Shown here: one piece after another, positions 1 to 9,590 of the stretch | Layout: the number at the start of each line of letters is the position of its first letter | Position numbering within the stretch: position 1 is the first letter of the stretch | DNA from: Planctomycetota bacterium | GTDB lineage: Bacteria > Planctomycetota > SZUA-567 > H5-PLA8 | Assembly: GCA_038227875.1 (NCBI GenBank) | Contig: JBBRPR010000011.1 | Span: 96,001 to 160,000 of the forward strand | DNA length: 64,000 nt | Direction of reading: 5' to 3' | Position numbers and translations under genes: made by a program | The notes under the pieces: generated by a model | The model's database searches: none | What the model was told of the DNA's origin: nothing | What the model saw: only the letters and a program-made list of their open reading frames with translations

Positions 1-1
1 G

Positions 2-601
2 GTGAGCTGGGAAGGACTGGGCACCGACTTCGCTGCGCTGGTCACGCACCGCGACAACACGAGCCTCAAGGTACTGGTCTGCAACATTTCCGACGCGCCG
101 CTGAAGGGCGTGGCGCGCGTCTGGGCGTTGGATCACGGCGAGTACAACGTCTCGTTCACTGAAGAAGGCAAAGCCGCAGCGCCGCAAAAACTGGAGCTGG
201 CTCGCGGCGACACGGTCGCCATCGCCATGCCTAAGAAGGGCGTCTGGACACTGGAGATCACGCAGACGAAGGTGCTCGAGGCGATCTACGACCGCGCCGA
301 TCTGGCACTCTCGCCGCTCGACACGAAGTTCGAAAACGGAAAAGTCTCCAGCTTCGTGCACAATATTGGTGTAAAGGATGTCGATGAAGTCGTCGTCGCG
401 CTGGTGGACGACAAGGGCAAAACGGTGGCGACGAAAAAGCTCGGCAAGCTGGCCGCACCGATTGATCTTGTGCCGAAGTCCGTACCGTTTACATTTGAGA
501 ACGTGCCGGCGGACGCGAAGGGCTGGAGTGTGGTCGTTGATCCGGAAAACACGATCGCGGAGATCTTTAAAGGGAACAATCGCGTGACGATCGGCCAATG
601 A
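2..601 (+). CDS. 5'-truncated protein, C-terminal CARDB-like (Ig-fold) domain
   Basis: Frame open from the window edge; ends with the CARDB-like pattern ADLAL...VHNIG...VVVDPENTIAEIFKGNN. Confidence 0.7.
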   Translation: MSWEGLGTDFAALVTHRDNTSLKVLVCNISDAPLKGVARVWALDHGEYNVSFTEEGKAAAPQKLELARGDTVAIAMPKKGVWTLEITQTKVLEAIYDRADLALSPLDTKFENGKVSSFVHNIGVKDVDEVVVALVDDKGKTVATKKLGKLAAPIDLVPKSVPFTFENVPADAKGWSVVVDPENTIAEIFKGNNRVTIGQ

Positions 602-708
602 TCGCGATTGCTGAATATTCAGGTAGAAATGTTTTGAAAATCGTCTTTCGGAGTAGTACGTTTACGTACCATTGAATTCCAGCCGAAATCAGGGAGAACA
701 AATTCCTC

Positions 709-1917
709 ATGCTCACTACTCACCGCGCCCGGATTATCACGTTGTTCCTGATCGCTGGAACGTTCTGCGCTGTTGGAGCTCAAGCCGCCACCACGGTCTA
801 CTGGCTGCGCGACGGCAGCGGCATCTATCCAGACGTCACGCCGCCGACCGAATTCAACGACGGCAAGAAGGACACGGTGGTCTGGAAAGCGGTGGTGGGT
901 AAGAGCTACTCGTCTCCGATCATCGCCAATGGAACGGTCTTCATCACCAGTGAGCCGTACGATACGGTCGCGGTCGACTTCGCCTCCGGCAAGGTGCTCT
1001 GGAAAACGTCCACGGCCGTAACGGATCTGCCCAAGGATCAGCAGGGCCAAGTGGTCGAATCCCCGCACGAAAGCGGCAGCGCGGCGGCGACGCCGGCGTT
1101 CTGCGATGACATCGTCTACAGCACATTTGGCAATGGCATGGTCGTGGCGTACGAGGCGAAAACCGGCAAACGCGTGTGGACGCAGGCGATCAATGCGGCG
1201 CCGAATTCGATGGAAGGGCGCAGCGCTTCGCCGATCGTTGTCGACGACTTGCTCATCGTTCATCTGACGGATCTCTGCGGCCTGGAATTGAAGACCGGCA
1301 AGGTGCGCTGGCGGACCGACAAGGCCACGGACGCATACGGCACGCCGACGGTCTGCACGATTGGCGCCGACAAAGTCATCGTCACGCCGAAGGGCGCATT
1401 CGTGAAGGCCTCCGACGGGAAGCTCGTCGGCCAGGTGGATGCCACGATGGGCTTCGGCGGCCCGATCGTGGTCAAGAACAAGGCGTGTTTCGTCGACTCG
1501 ACGGTCGTGATCTTCGAGATGCCGGAGAAGCTCACCGACGCGCCCTTCACGAAGTTGAAGGAATACTGGGTCGAGAGCATTGAAGGCCAGACCTACTCCA
1601 CCCCGCTGTTCGTCGACGGGCTGCTCTATTCGGTCACAGCCGACGGAAAGATGACGATTTTCAATCTGGAGAAGAAGACCAAGACCGAGAAGGTGTTCGA
1701 ACTATCCAGCGACACATACCCCTCGCCGCAGCTGGCCGGGAAGAACATTTTCATCGGCAACGACAAGGGCAAGTACATTGTCCTGGAGCCCGGCGCCGAC
1801 CCGAAGATCGTGGCGACCAACGAGCTCTCCGAAGGCGGAGCGGATGCGCCGGCGTTCTCTGGCAAGAGCATCGTGCTGCGCGTTGGGGATACGCTTTACC
1901 GCTTTGAAAAGAAGTAA
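709..1917 (+). CDS. Secreted PQQ-binding-like beta-propeller protein (BamB-like)
   Basis: Signal peptide; repeated SSPII/TGKxxW/ASPIV/STPL blade motifs; GGGAG SD upstream. Confidence 0.85.
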   Translation: MLTTHRARIITLFLIAGTFCAVGAQAATTVYWLRDGSGIYPDVTPPTEFNDGKKDTVVWKAVVGKSYSSPIIANGTVFITSEPYDTVAVDFASGKVLWKTSTAVTDLPKDQQGQVVESPHESGSAAATPAFCDDIVYSTFGNGMVVAYEAKTGKRVWTQAINAAPNSMEGRSASPIVVDDLLIVHLTDLCGLELKTGKVRWRTDKATDAYGTPTVCTIGADKVIVTPKGAFVKASDGKLVGQVDATMGFGGPIVVKNKACFVDSTVVIFEMPEKLTDAPFTKLKEYWVESIEGQTYSTPLFVDGLLYSVTADGKMTIFNLEKKTKTEKVFELSSDTYPSPQLAGKNIFIGNDKGKYIVLEPGADPKIVATNELSEGGADAPAFSGKSIVLRVGDTLYRFEKK

Positions 1918-2067
1918 TGGCGTAGCGCATAGTTAGCGCGCATCAAGAACTACGCAGCGAAACCTTCAAGACACACGGTAGCAAGGAGCAAGCAAACGGC
2001 CGCTTGCTCCCTGTCACACAGCCGCACTGCGCACTATCTACATTCAACCTATTCATCAAATTCTTTT

Positions 2068-2091
2068 CTTTGCGTCTTGGCGTCTTTGCGC
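2068..2091. repeat. Intergenic octamer tandem repeat (CTTTGCGT CTTGGCGT CTTTGCGC)
   Basis: Three 8-nt units read directly. Confidence 0.7.
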
Positions 2092-2198
2092 GAGATTACA
2101 AACACGTTTTGCCGCTGCGGCGCGTCCGTTAGTCGCTTGACATTGCGCCCCGTGCACGCAACCTTGTCAGTTTTGCTGCACCCGTTACGGAGATCAGT

Positions 2199-3170
2199 AT
2201 GGCCCACGGACTCAAGCACCGCGAGCGGATTGAACCGGCGCCGCCGAGCAGGCGGGTTCAGACCGAGGCACAGTTCCGAAAATGTGACGCCTGCGGAGAA
2301 ACGCTCTTCGTTAAAGAGCTCCTGAAAGCCCTCGATGTCTGCAAGGTTTGCGGACACCACTTTAAAATCAACTCCACCCGCCGCATCGAAGTGACGCTCG
2401 ATCCCGATAGCTTCAAAGAGATCGACGCCAATCTCGAATCCATCGACCCGCTGGAATTCAAAGGTCGCCGCCCGTACCGCGAACGCTTGAAAGACGCGCA
2501 GCGCAAGACCGGCCTGAAAGACGCCGTCGTCTGCGGCGAAGGTTCGATCGAAGGCATTCCCATTGTCATCGCGGTGATGGACTACTATTTTATCGGCGCG
2601 TCGATGGGCTCGGTGGTCGGCGAGAAAATCACCCGCGCCATTGAACTGGCGACGGAAACGAAGAAGCCGGTAATCCTCGTCTGCTGCTCCGGCGGCGCGC
2701 GCATGGACGAAGGCGTGCTCTCGCTGATGCAGATGGCCAAGACCTCCGCGGCGCTTTACCGGCACCACCAGGCCGGGCTGATCTGCATTGATCTGCTGAC
2801 GGACCCGACTCTTGCTGGCGTCTCGGCCAGCTTCGCGTTTCTCGGCGACCTGATCATTGCCGAACCCCGCGCCATGATCGGCTTCACCGGCGCGCGCGTG
2901 ATCATGGACACGATCAAGAAGCAGCTGCCCGAAGGCTTCCAGGAATCCGAATTCCTGCTCGAGCACGGCCAGATCGATATGGTCGTCGAACGCAAGAACA
3001 TGCGTCAGACGCTCGCCAACATTTTAAAATACGTGGTGACGTCGGAACCCAAACCGGTGGCGGAAGTCGTCACGGAAACGGTTCGCCTGCCGCATGCCAA
3101 CGGCATCGCCAAGCGCGCGCGGCCCGTCAACAAGGCCGCCAAGAAGGCCCAGAAAAAGAAGAAGCGTTAA
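2199..3170 (+). CDS. accD: Acetyl-CoA carboxylase carboxyltransferase beta subunit
   Basis: C4 zinc finger CDAC...CKVC, GASMGSVVGEK, SGGARMDEG, LMQMAKTS. Confidence 0.97.
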   Translation: MAHGLKHRERIEPAPPSRRVQTEAQFRKCDACGETLFVKELLKALDVCKVCGHHFKINSTRRIEVTLDPDSFKEIDANLESIDPLEFKGRRPYRERLKDAQRKTGLKDAVVCGEGSIEGIPIVIAVMDYYFIGASMGSVVGEKITRAIELATETKKPVILVCCSGGARMDEGVLSLMQMAKTSAALYRHHQAGLICIDLLTDPTLAGVSASFAFLGDLIIAEPRAMIGFTGARVIMDTIKKQLPEGFQESEFLLEHGQIDMVVERKNMRQTLANILKYVVTSEPKPVAEVVTETVRLPHANGIAKRARPVNKAAKKAQKKKKR

Positions 3171-3229
3171 GCCATTCCAATTCGATTCCCGTTGACTTCC
3201 ACGGCACTGGAGCCCGACGAGCTTAAAAC

Positions 3230-4372
3230 ATGTCCACAAAAATTACCCTCAGCCAGACCCGCCAGGACGAATTCAACATCAAGCTCGGGCGCATCCGCCA
3301 ATATCTGGGAAAGAAGGGGTGGAATGGCGTTGCCCTCTCGACTCAGGCGCTGTTCGCGTTCGCGACAGCCGGGGGCGACAACCACGTCAGCCAGGCCAGC
3401 GAGTACGGCATCGCGCACGTGCTGATCACCGGCGACACAGTTACGGTGCTTTCAAACAACATCGAGATCCCGCGCCTGAAGGCCGAAGAATTCGACGGCA
3501 TCGACACCACCGGGATCGAATTCTGGGACTGTCCCTGGTACGAAGACCACAAAATCGTCGGCGAAATTGCGCGGCGCATGGGCAAGAATCCCTACGGATC
3601 AGATTCCGGGCTGCCGGGCTCGACGGGAATCAGTGATGAATTCTGGGCGCTGACCTACGGACTGACCGACCGCGAAATCGAACGCTACCGCGTCCTGGGC
3701 CGCGACTGTTCCAAGGCCATGGAAGAAGCGCTCGAACAGGTCAAGCCGGGAGTCACCGAACATTCCGTCGGCGGGCTGATCTGCAAGGCGCTGCTGGATC
3801 ATTCGGTGCGGCCGCACGTGATTCTCGTCGCGTCTGACGAACGCGTCTTCTCTTTCCGCCATCCGCCGCCGGAAGCCAAGAAAGTGAAGAAACACCTGAT
3901 GGCCGTGCTCTGCGGAAAACGCGGCGGCTTGATTATCAATCTCACGCGCATGCTTCACTTTGCCGCGAAGTTACCGCCGGATCTCGAGCGCAAACATCAG
4001 GCGGTCTGCGAAGTCGATGTCGCTTACAACGCCGGCACAAAAATCGGTCGCACCGCCAAGGATGTGCTCGCCGATGGCATTGCCGAATATGAGAAGCACG
4101 ACTTCAGCGAAGAATGGAAACTGCACCACCAGGGCGGTCCGACCGGCTATCAAGGCCGCAGTTACCGCGGCACACCGACGGAAACGCGTGTCGTGCTTGA
4201 ACGCCAGGCGTATGCGTGGAATCCGTCGATCACAGGCACCAAGAGTGAAGACACTATTCTCGTGCAGAACGGGTCGATCGAATTCCTGTCCGGCCCCACG
4301 AAAGATTGGCCCACGCTGACCGTGAAGCGTGACGGCAAGACCTACAAGCGCCCTGCGATCAAGCTGGTTTAA
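3230..4372 (+). CDS. M24 (pita-bread fold) peptidase/creatinase-like protein
   Basis: Creatinase-N-like start; PGVTE, HHQGG, WNPS, KSEDT motifs. Confidence 0.8.
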   Translation: MSTKITLSQTRQDEFNIKLGRIRQYLGKKGWNGVALSTQALFAFATAGGDNHVSQASEYGIAHVLITGDTVTVLSNNIEIPRLKAEEFDGIDTTGIEFWDCPWYEDHKIVGEIARRMGKNPYGSDSGLPGSTGISDEFWALTYGLTDREIERYRVLGRDCSKAMEEALEQVKPGVTEHSVGGLICKALLDHSVRPHVILVASDERVFSFRHPPPEAKKVKKHLMAVLCGKRGGLIINLTRMLHFAAKLPPDLERKHQAVCEVDVAYNAGTKIGRTAKDVLADGIAEYEKHDFSEEWKLHHQGGPTGYQGRSYRGTPTETRVVLERQAYAWNPSITGTKSEDTILVQNGSIEFLSGPTKDWPTLTVKRDGKTYKRPAIKLV

Positions 4373-4398
4373 CGATTCCACACGGAGAGTCCGTACAG

Positions 4399-4749
4399 AT
4401 GGAAATTCAGAAAGTTAAAGACGTCGTCATCTTTAAGCTCACGCCCGCCGACCTCTCCGACGCGCGTAACATGCAGCGCATCATCGAGAATCTGCTGAAA
4501 GTAGACGGTGAAAAGAAATTCGTCGCCGACCTTACCGCCGTCGACAGCATCTACAGCCTGCAGATCGGCACGCTGGTGACCATGCATGTCCTCTGCTACG
4601 AAAACGTGGCGATTATGAAACTCGCCAGCGTCAATCCGAAGGTTCAGAACATCCTGCGCATTGTCGGATTGGAAACGCTGATGGAAATGCACCACGGCGC
4701 GGAAATCGCGGCAGAGAGCTTCAGCGGCAAGCCGCCTAAGATTAAGTAA
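4399..4749 (+). CDS. STAS-domain (anti-sigma antagonist-like) protein
   Basis: 116 aa; VADLTAVDSIYS...VNPKVQNILRIVGL pattern; GGAG SD. Confidence 0.75.
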   Translation: MEIQKVKDVVIFKLTPADLSDARNMQRIIENLLKVDGEKKFVADLTAVDSIYSLQIGTLVTMHVLCYENVAIMKLASVNPKVQNILRIVGLETLMEMHHGAEIAAESFSGKPPKIK

Positions 4750-4842
4750 CTGCCTCTCGATTAATTCCTCCTGACCGTCTGACAACTTGAAATTATAAAC
4801 GCTTAATTTGATTGACTTTAAATTAATTCAAGCGCTAGCTTC

Positions 4843-4881
4843 TTGACAATTCAAATGTTCATTTTATATTTATGTTTGAAT
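4843..4881 (+). promoter_or_regulatory. Sigma70 promoter with overlapping putative TetR operator
   Basis: TTGACA (4843-4848), 16 nt, TATATT (4865-4870); inverted repeat ATTCAAA (4849-4855)/TTTGAAT (4875-4881) upstream of the TetR gene. Confidence 0.6.
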
Positions 4882-4894
4882 CGAGGATTTAGAC

Positions 4895-5536
4895 ATGGCT
4901 AGTCACGAGACCCTCCCCTCTACCACCCGAGAACGATTGCTGGAAGCGGCCGGTGAATCGTTTGCCGAACATGGATTTCAAGGCGCGACGATCAAGGACA
5001 TTTGTCTGCGCGCGGAAGCGAACATCGCGGCGGTCAATTACCACTTCCGCGACAAGAACACGCTTTACCTGGAGGTGCTCCGCTACGCGCAAAAGTACGC
5101 GCGCGAAAAGTACCCCAACCCGATGCCGGACTCGGGGCTCGCGGCCGAAGAGCGGCTGCGGGAGTATGTCGTGAAATTCATGATGCGAATTCTCGACACG
5201 GGACGACCCGCGTGGCATAGCAAATTGATGGCGCGCGAAATGGTCGACCCGACTGCGGCTCTGGACGAAGTCGTGAAGGAGACCATCTCACCGAACTTCT
5301 CCATCTTATTCAATATCGTTCAGGAATTGCTCGGAGAGAAATTTAATACCGAAGAGGTCAGGCTCAGCACCTCCAGTGTGCTCTCCCAGTGCCTCTTCTA
5401 CTTTCATTGCCGCAACGTGATCGAACGCCTGAATCCGGGCTTCGAATATTCCGAACCCAATATCCGCAACATCGCCGCGCACATCGCCGACTTCTCGCTG
5501 GCGGCAATCGCAAAAATCCGCGCGGACCGCGAGTAA
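4895..5536 (+). CDS. TetR-family regulator with CecR/DUF1956-like C-terminal domain
   Basis: TRERLLEAAGESFAEHGF...VNYHFRDK HTH; REMVDPT motif; heads an efflux operon. Confidence 0.9.
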   Translation: MASHETLPSTTRERLLEAAGESFAEHGFQGATIKDICLRAEANIAAVNYHFRDKNTLYLEVLRYAQKYAREKYPNPMPDSGLAAEERLREYVVKFMMRILDTGRPAWHSKLMAREMVDPTAALDEVVKETISPNFSILFNIVQELLGEKFNTEEVRLSTSSVLSQCLFYFHCRNVIERLNPGFEYSEPNIRNIAAHIADFSLAAIAKIRADRE

Positions 5537-5558
5537 GACGCACTGGGAGAACGACACC

Positions 5559-6956
5559 ATGATTACGGAAGAACTCGAATCCACCGACGCGGCCAGCCCG
5601 CCGAAAAATACGCCCCCCGCTCCGTCCCAGCCCCCAGCCGAGAAGCCGACGACTGCAGTGCCCTCGAGCCGCAGAAAGTACTTGCTTGTGTTCGGCGCGA
5701 TCATCCTGGTCGTCGCTGCCGTTGCCGGTCAGCGACTTCTCGCGTTCTGGTCCCAGTATCAGTCGACCGACGATGCGTTCATCGACGGCCACATCATTCC
5801 CACCAGCGCGCGCGTCGCCGGTCATGTGGCGAAAGTGCATGTCGAAGACAACCAGCTTGTGAAATCTGGTGATCTGCTCGTGGAAATCGATCCGCGTGAC
5901 TACGAGACCAAGCTCGCGCAGGCGAAGGCCGCACTGCAGGTGCTCGAAGCAAAGAAGAAAGCCGCTGAAGATACCGCCGCGATGACCCGCACCACTTCTG
6001 CCGCGGCCGTCGCTCAAGCGCAAGCCAATGTCGCCCTTGCCCGCGCGGCCGTGCAGACTGCCGCGGCCGACATCGAAGCCGCGAAGGGCCGCCAGGCGCG
6101 CGCGGATGCCGAGATCGTTTCCGCGAAGGCCAAGATCGAACAGGCGCAGGCACAGGCGACCGCGACCGATGCCTACGTCACGCGCACCCAGCAGGATGTC
6201 GACCGCTACAAGCTTGCCGTCGAAGCCAGCGCCGGATCGCGCCAGCAGTACGAATATGCCATCGCCGCTCACGACGCGGCCGTCGCGGTGCTCGATGCCG
6301 CGCAAAAGTCGGTTGCATCGGCGCAGGCGAATCTGAATTCCGAGCTCGCGGCGAAGTCCTCCGTTGCCGCCGAGGCCGAACAGTCGGCGTCGCGGAAGGT
6401 CGAAGCAGAGGCGCGCGTCAACGACGCTCTGGGAAAATTGGCCTCGGCACTGTCGGCGCCGCAGCAGATCGCCGTCGCCGACTCGGAAGTCGTCGCCATG
6501 GCCGCGCAAGTCGAGCAGGCCCGTGCCGCGCTGCGGCAGGCGGAGCTGGATCTTTCGTACACTAAAGTCTTCGCCACGGAAGACGGCCGCGTGACGCGCA
6601 AGTCTGTGGAAAACGGCGCGTACATCCAGGCCGGCGAAACACTGCTGGCACTGGTCCCGCAGAATGTCTGGATCACCGCGAATTTTAAAGAGACCCAACT
6701 GACCGACATGAAAGCCGGCAATGCCGTCGACGTCACCATCGACGCGTATCCCGGAAAGTCCTTCAAGGCTCATGTCGAAAGCATCCAGTCGGGAACCGGC
6801 GCGCGCTTCGCGCTCCTTCCTCCGGAGAATGCAACGGGCAACTTCGTAAAGGTCGTCCAGCGTGTGCCGGTCAAGATTACCTTCGACGTTCCCGCCAGCG
6901 CTGACGTCCTTCTGGCGCCAGGCATGTCAGTCGTTCCTGAGGTGAAAGTCAAATGA
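5559..6956 (+). CDS. emrA: EmrA/HlyD-family efflux adaptor
   Basis: N-terminal TM, STDDAF, long coiled coil, ANFKETQ, LLPPENATGNFVKVVQRVPV. Confidence 0.92.
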   Translation: MITEELESTDAASPPKNTPPAPSQPPAEKPTTAVPSSRRKYLLVFGAIILVVAAVAGQRLLAFWSQYQSTDDAFIDGHIIPTSARVAGHVAKVHVEDNQLVKSGDLLVEIDPRDYETKLAQAKAALQVLEAKKKAAEDTAAMTRTTSAAAVAQAQANVALARAAVQTAAADIEAAKGRQARADAEIVSAKAKIEQAQAQATATDAYVTRTQQDVDRYKLAVEASAGSRQQYEYAIAAHDAAVAVLDAAQKSVASAQANLNSELAAKSSVAAEAEQSASRKVEAEARVNDALGKLASALSAPQQIAVADSEVVAMAAQVEQARAALRQAELDLSYTKVFATEDGRVTRKSVENGAYIQAGETLLALVPQNVWITANFKETQLTDMKAGNAVDVTIDAYPGKSFKAHVESIQSGTGARFALLPPENATGNFVKVVQRVPVKITFDVPASADVLLAPGMSVVPEVKVK

Positions 6957-8560
6957 GCGCGGCGGCCGCCACACTCGGCGCGCGGCCAGCCTTCGCCGTC
7001 GACGAATGGAGGCCGGCGCACAATCCGTATCTCGTCGCGCTGACCGTAACGCTGGCGACGTTCATGGAAGTACTCGACACCAGCATCGCCAACGTCGCGC
7101 TGCCGCACATCGCCGGCAATCTCTCCGCGAGTGTCGACGAGAGCACGTGGGTGCTGACCTCGTACCTCGTTTCGAACGCGATCGTCCTGCCCCTGAGCGG
7201 CTGGCTCAGCAGCGTATTCGGGCGCAAGCGCTTCTACATGACCTGCGTCGCGCTGTTCACGATTAGTTCGGCGCTATGTGGATTCGCGCCCAATCTGCGA
7301 ATGCTGATTTTCTTCCGCGTGCTCCAGGGCATCGGCGGCGGCGGACTGCAGCCCAGCGAACAAGCGATACTCTACGATACGTTCCCTGCCAGAAAGCGCG
7401 CCATGGGCATGGCGCTCTACGGCGTCGCGGTCGTTACCGCGCCAATCATCGGGCCGACACTCGGGGGATGGATCACCGACAACTACAGTTGGCGCTGGAT
7501 CTTCTTCATCAACATTCCCGTCGGCATCGTTTCACTGCTGCTGACTTCGCGCATGGTCAGCGATCCCCCGCACCTCGTCCGCCGCGCCTTGAAAGACACG
7601 CGCATCGACTTCATCGGCCTGGGCCTGTTGGCGCTGGGGCTTGGCGCGCTCCAGATCGTGCTCGACAAAGGTCAACGGGAAGACTGGTTCCAATCGTCGC
7701 TGATCGTCCTCCTCACGTTGACGGCGGTGGTGGGTATCGCATCGGCGGTCATCTGGGAATTGAAACAGCGCGAACCGCTCGTTGATTTCCGGCTGCTCAG
7801 CAACCGCAACTTCGCGATCTCGACGGTGATGATGTTCACGCTCGGCTTCGTGCTCTTTGGCAGTACCGTGCTGCTCCCGCTTTTTCTGCAGACGCTGATG
7901 GGATATTCGGCGGTCTTGAGCGGCATGGCGATCTCACCCGGCGGAATTCTGACCATGTTCGCAATGCCGCTGGTCGGATGGATGATCGGCCACTTTGATG
8001 CACGCAAGCTGATCGTCGCCGGCCTGATCATCGTCTCGATCGGATTGTTCCACATGGCATCGTTCAATCTGGAAATCGATTTCAAGACCGCGATGATCGC
8101 CCGGATGATTCAGGCTTTCGGCCTCGCGTTTCTCTTTGTTCCCATCAACACCATGGCCTATTCGACGATCCCCAAGAAGGATGCCAACCAGGCCAGCGGT
8201 CTGATCAACCTCGCGCGCAACCTTGGCGGAAGTTTCGGCATTGCGTTTGTCACCACGCTGCTCTCGCGTCAGGCGCAGGCCCACCAGAATATGCTCGTTG
8301 GACATGTCACGCCTTACGATCCGGCATACAAAAACATGATGAACCACATGACCACCGTGATGCACGTAAACTCCGCCGACCCCGTGAAGGCCACGGCGCA
8401 AGCGCACGGTGTCATCAACGGCATGCTGGAACGCCAGGCCTCGATGCTCTCGTTCGTCGACGCCTTCTGGCTGCTCGGAGCGTTCGCGGTGGTGGTGATC
8501 CCGTTGATTGTGCTGATGAAGCGCCCCACGCCGGGTGCGGAACCCGTCGCGGTGCATTAG
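6953..8560 (+). CDS. emrB: DHA2 (EmrB/QacA) MFS efflux permease
   Basis: FMEVLDTSIANVALP, WVLTSYL, GPTLGGWITD, WRWIFFINIP; ATGA overlap with emrA. Confidence 0.95.
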   Translation: MSAAAATLGARPAFAVDEWRPAHNPYLVALTVTLATFMEVLDTSIANVALPHIAGNLSASVDESTWVLTSYLVSNAIVLPLSGWLSSVFGRKRFYMTCVALFTISSALCGFAPNLRMLIFFRVLQGIGGGGLQPSEQAILYDTFPARKRAMGMALYGVAVVTAPIIGPTLGGWITDNYSWRWIFFINIPVGIVSLLLTSRMVSDPPHLVRRALKDTRIDFIGLGLLALGLGALQIVLDKGQREDWFQSSLIVLLTLTAVVGIASAVIWELKQREPLVDFRLLSNRNFAISTVMMFTLGFVLFGSTVLLPLFLQTLMGYSAVLSGMAISPGGILTMFAMPLVGWMIGHFDARKLIVAGLIIVSIGLFHMASFNLEIDFKTAMIARMIQAFGLAFLFVPINTMAYSTIPKKDANQASGLINLARNLGGSFGIAFVTTLLSRQAQAHQNMLVGHVTPYDPAYKNMMNHMTTVMHVNSADPVKATAQAHGVINGMLERQASMLSFVDAFWLLGAFAVVVIPLIVLMKRPTPGAEPVAVH

Positions 8561-8564
8561 TTCA

Positions 8565-8729
8565 CTATGGTGGTCGACCCTTGTCTTTCGGAAGTTCGAT
8601 CGGCTCCCGTTTCGGCCAAAGACTGTTCTTCGTTCCCGTCCGTGAAATGCGTACCGCGTTGGCATTCAGCTGATTGAGGTTCATTTTTTGATTCACAGTA
8701 TTTCGAAACTGCACTTTAGGTCGGTGCAT
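8565..8729 (-). CDS. Candidate 54-aa basic small protein
   Basis: Hand-translated MHRPKVQFRNTVNQKMNLNQLNANAVRISRTGTKNSLWPKREPIELPKDKGRPP*; AAGAGGA just upstream; fills the gap convergent to emrB. Confidence 0.3.
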   Translation of the reverse strand: MHRPKVQFRNTVNQKMNLNQLNANAVRISRTGTKNSLWPKREPIELPKDKGRPP

Positions 8730-8783
8730 AAGATCCTCTTATTTTTGGGGTTGATGAAAAGATTCCACAGCACAATTCACGGA

Positions 8784-8811
8784 CCGCGGATGCTTCGCAA
8801 GCCATCCGCGG
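8784..8811. other. GC-rich hairpin (possible terminator or stabiliser, no clear U-tract)
   Basis: CCGCGGATG (8784-8792)/CATCCGCGG (8803-8811). Confidence 0.5.
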
Positions 8812-8836
8812 CCCGCGCGAGAGTTACCCGGTTTCG

Positions 8837-8884
8837 CTACCGACCGGCGCCCACTCCCTGGGCGTACATCTGGAAGATAAACAT
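8837..8884 (-). CDS. Candidate 15-aa micropeptide MFIFQMYAQGVGAGR
   Basis: AAAGGAGG (8899-8892), 7 nt, ATG; SD sits in hairpin CCGCCTTT-CGG-AAAGGAGG. Confidence 0.5.
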   Translation of the reverse strand: MFIFQMYAQGVGAGR

Positions 8885-8942
8885 CGTTCTTCCTCCTTTC
8901 CGAAAGGCGGGTGATAAGCCGCTGACCAGCGCAGCCAGAAGC

Positions 8943-9497
8943 TTAGCCTTTCAGCTCCAAATCGATTTCAGGTACGACTTCACTAAACGAGGAATTCGTT
9001 TCAGCTGACTTATTCCAGAGCAGGTAGCGCCGCCGAATTTCCCGCACGTGGTACGCGACGTTGGCTGACGTAAACCCCAGCTCCGCGCCGGTGTCGCGCC
9101 AGGTCAGTCCGTTGAGCAGACAGCGCAAAATCCGCTGCTGCAACGCCGTCAGTTGAGCCGAGAACTCGTCGAGTTCCACGCGGTCGTCCGGCAGAAACGT
9201 GGGCGCTGCGATATCCAGCTCGTCGACACTGGCGCAAGTCCGCAGGCGCGTATACTTCACCGCGTCGAGCATGCGCCAGCGCGCACGCTGAATCAGATAC
9301 GGCGTGAGTTCCCCGCGCGATGGATCGAAATCGTCCACCGCTTCCAGCAGCGCCAGCCACGCCTCCTGCAGCAGGTCGTCGCGATCGAGCCGCGAACAGC
9401 GGGCGTAGTGCTCCGCCATCCGAGCCACGCGCGCGTGCAGGTCGAGCATCAGTTGTTCGGACGAATGTATGGATGAAACGGTGGCATCCGTGAGCAT
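8943..9497 (-). CDS. Sigma-70 family alternative sigma factor (region 2 plus region 4 HTH)
   Basis: DDLLQEAWLALLEAVDDFDPSRG...RARWRMLD (region 2); LTALQQRIL...GLTWRDTGAELG (region 4). Start chosen at the ATG after GGAGAA; the ORF track extends to 9542. Confidence 0.85.
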   Translation of the reverse strand: MLTDATVSSIHSSEQLMLDLHARVARMAEHYARCSRLDRDDLLQEAWLALLEAVDDFDPSRGELTPYLIQRARWRMLDAVKYTRLRTCASVDELDIAAPTFLPDDRVELDEFSAQLTALQQRILRCLLNGLTWRDTGAELGFTSANVAYHVREIRRRYLLWNKSAETNSSFSEVVPEIDLELKG

Positions 9498-9590
9498 CGT
9501 CAGTCGGTTCTCCAAAGTGAAAACGTGAGCGTACCGCCGCACGGTTCACGAAGGAGAATTGAGAATCTAACGGGTCAGGAAAAGAGAAAG

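Noticed and set aside
1920..2040. Possible structured RNA after the PQQ-propeller gene (GGAGCAAGC/GCTTGCTCC hairpin near 1985-2010)
   Set aside because: Only one convincing stem; no tRNA or riboswitch motifs
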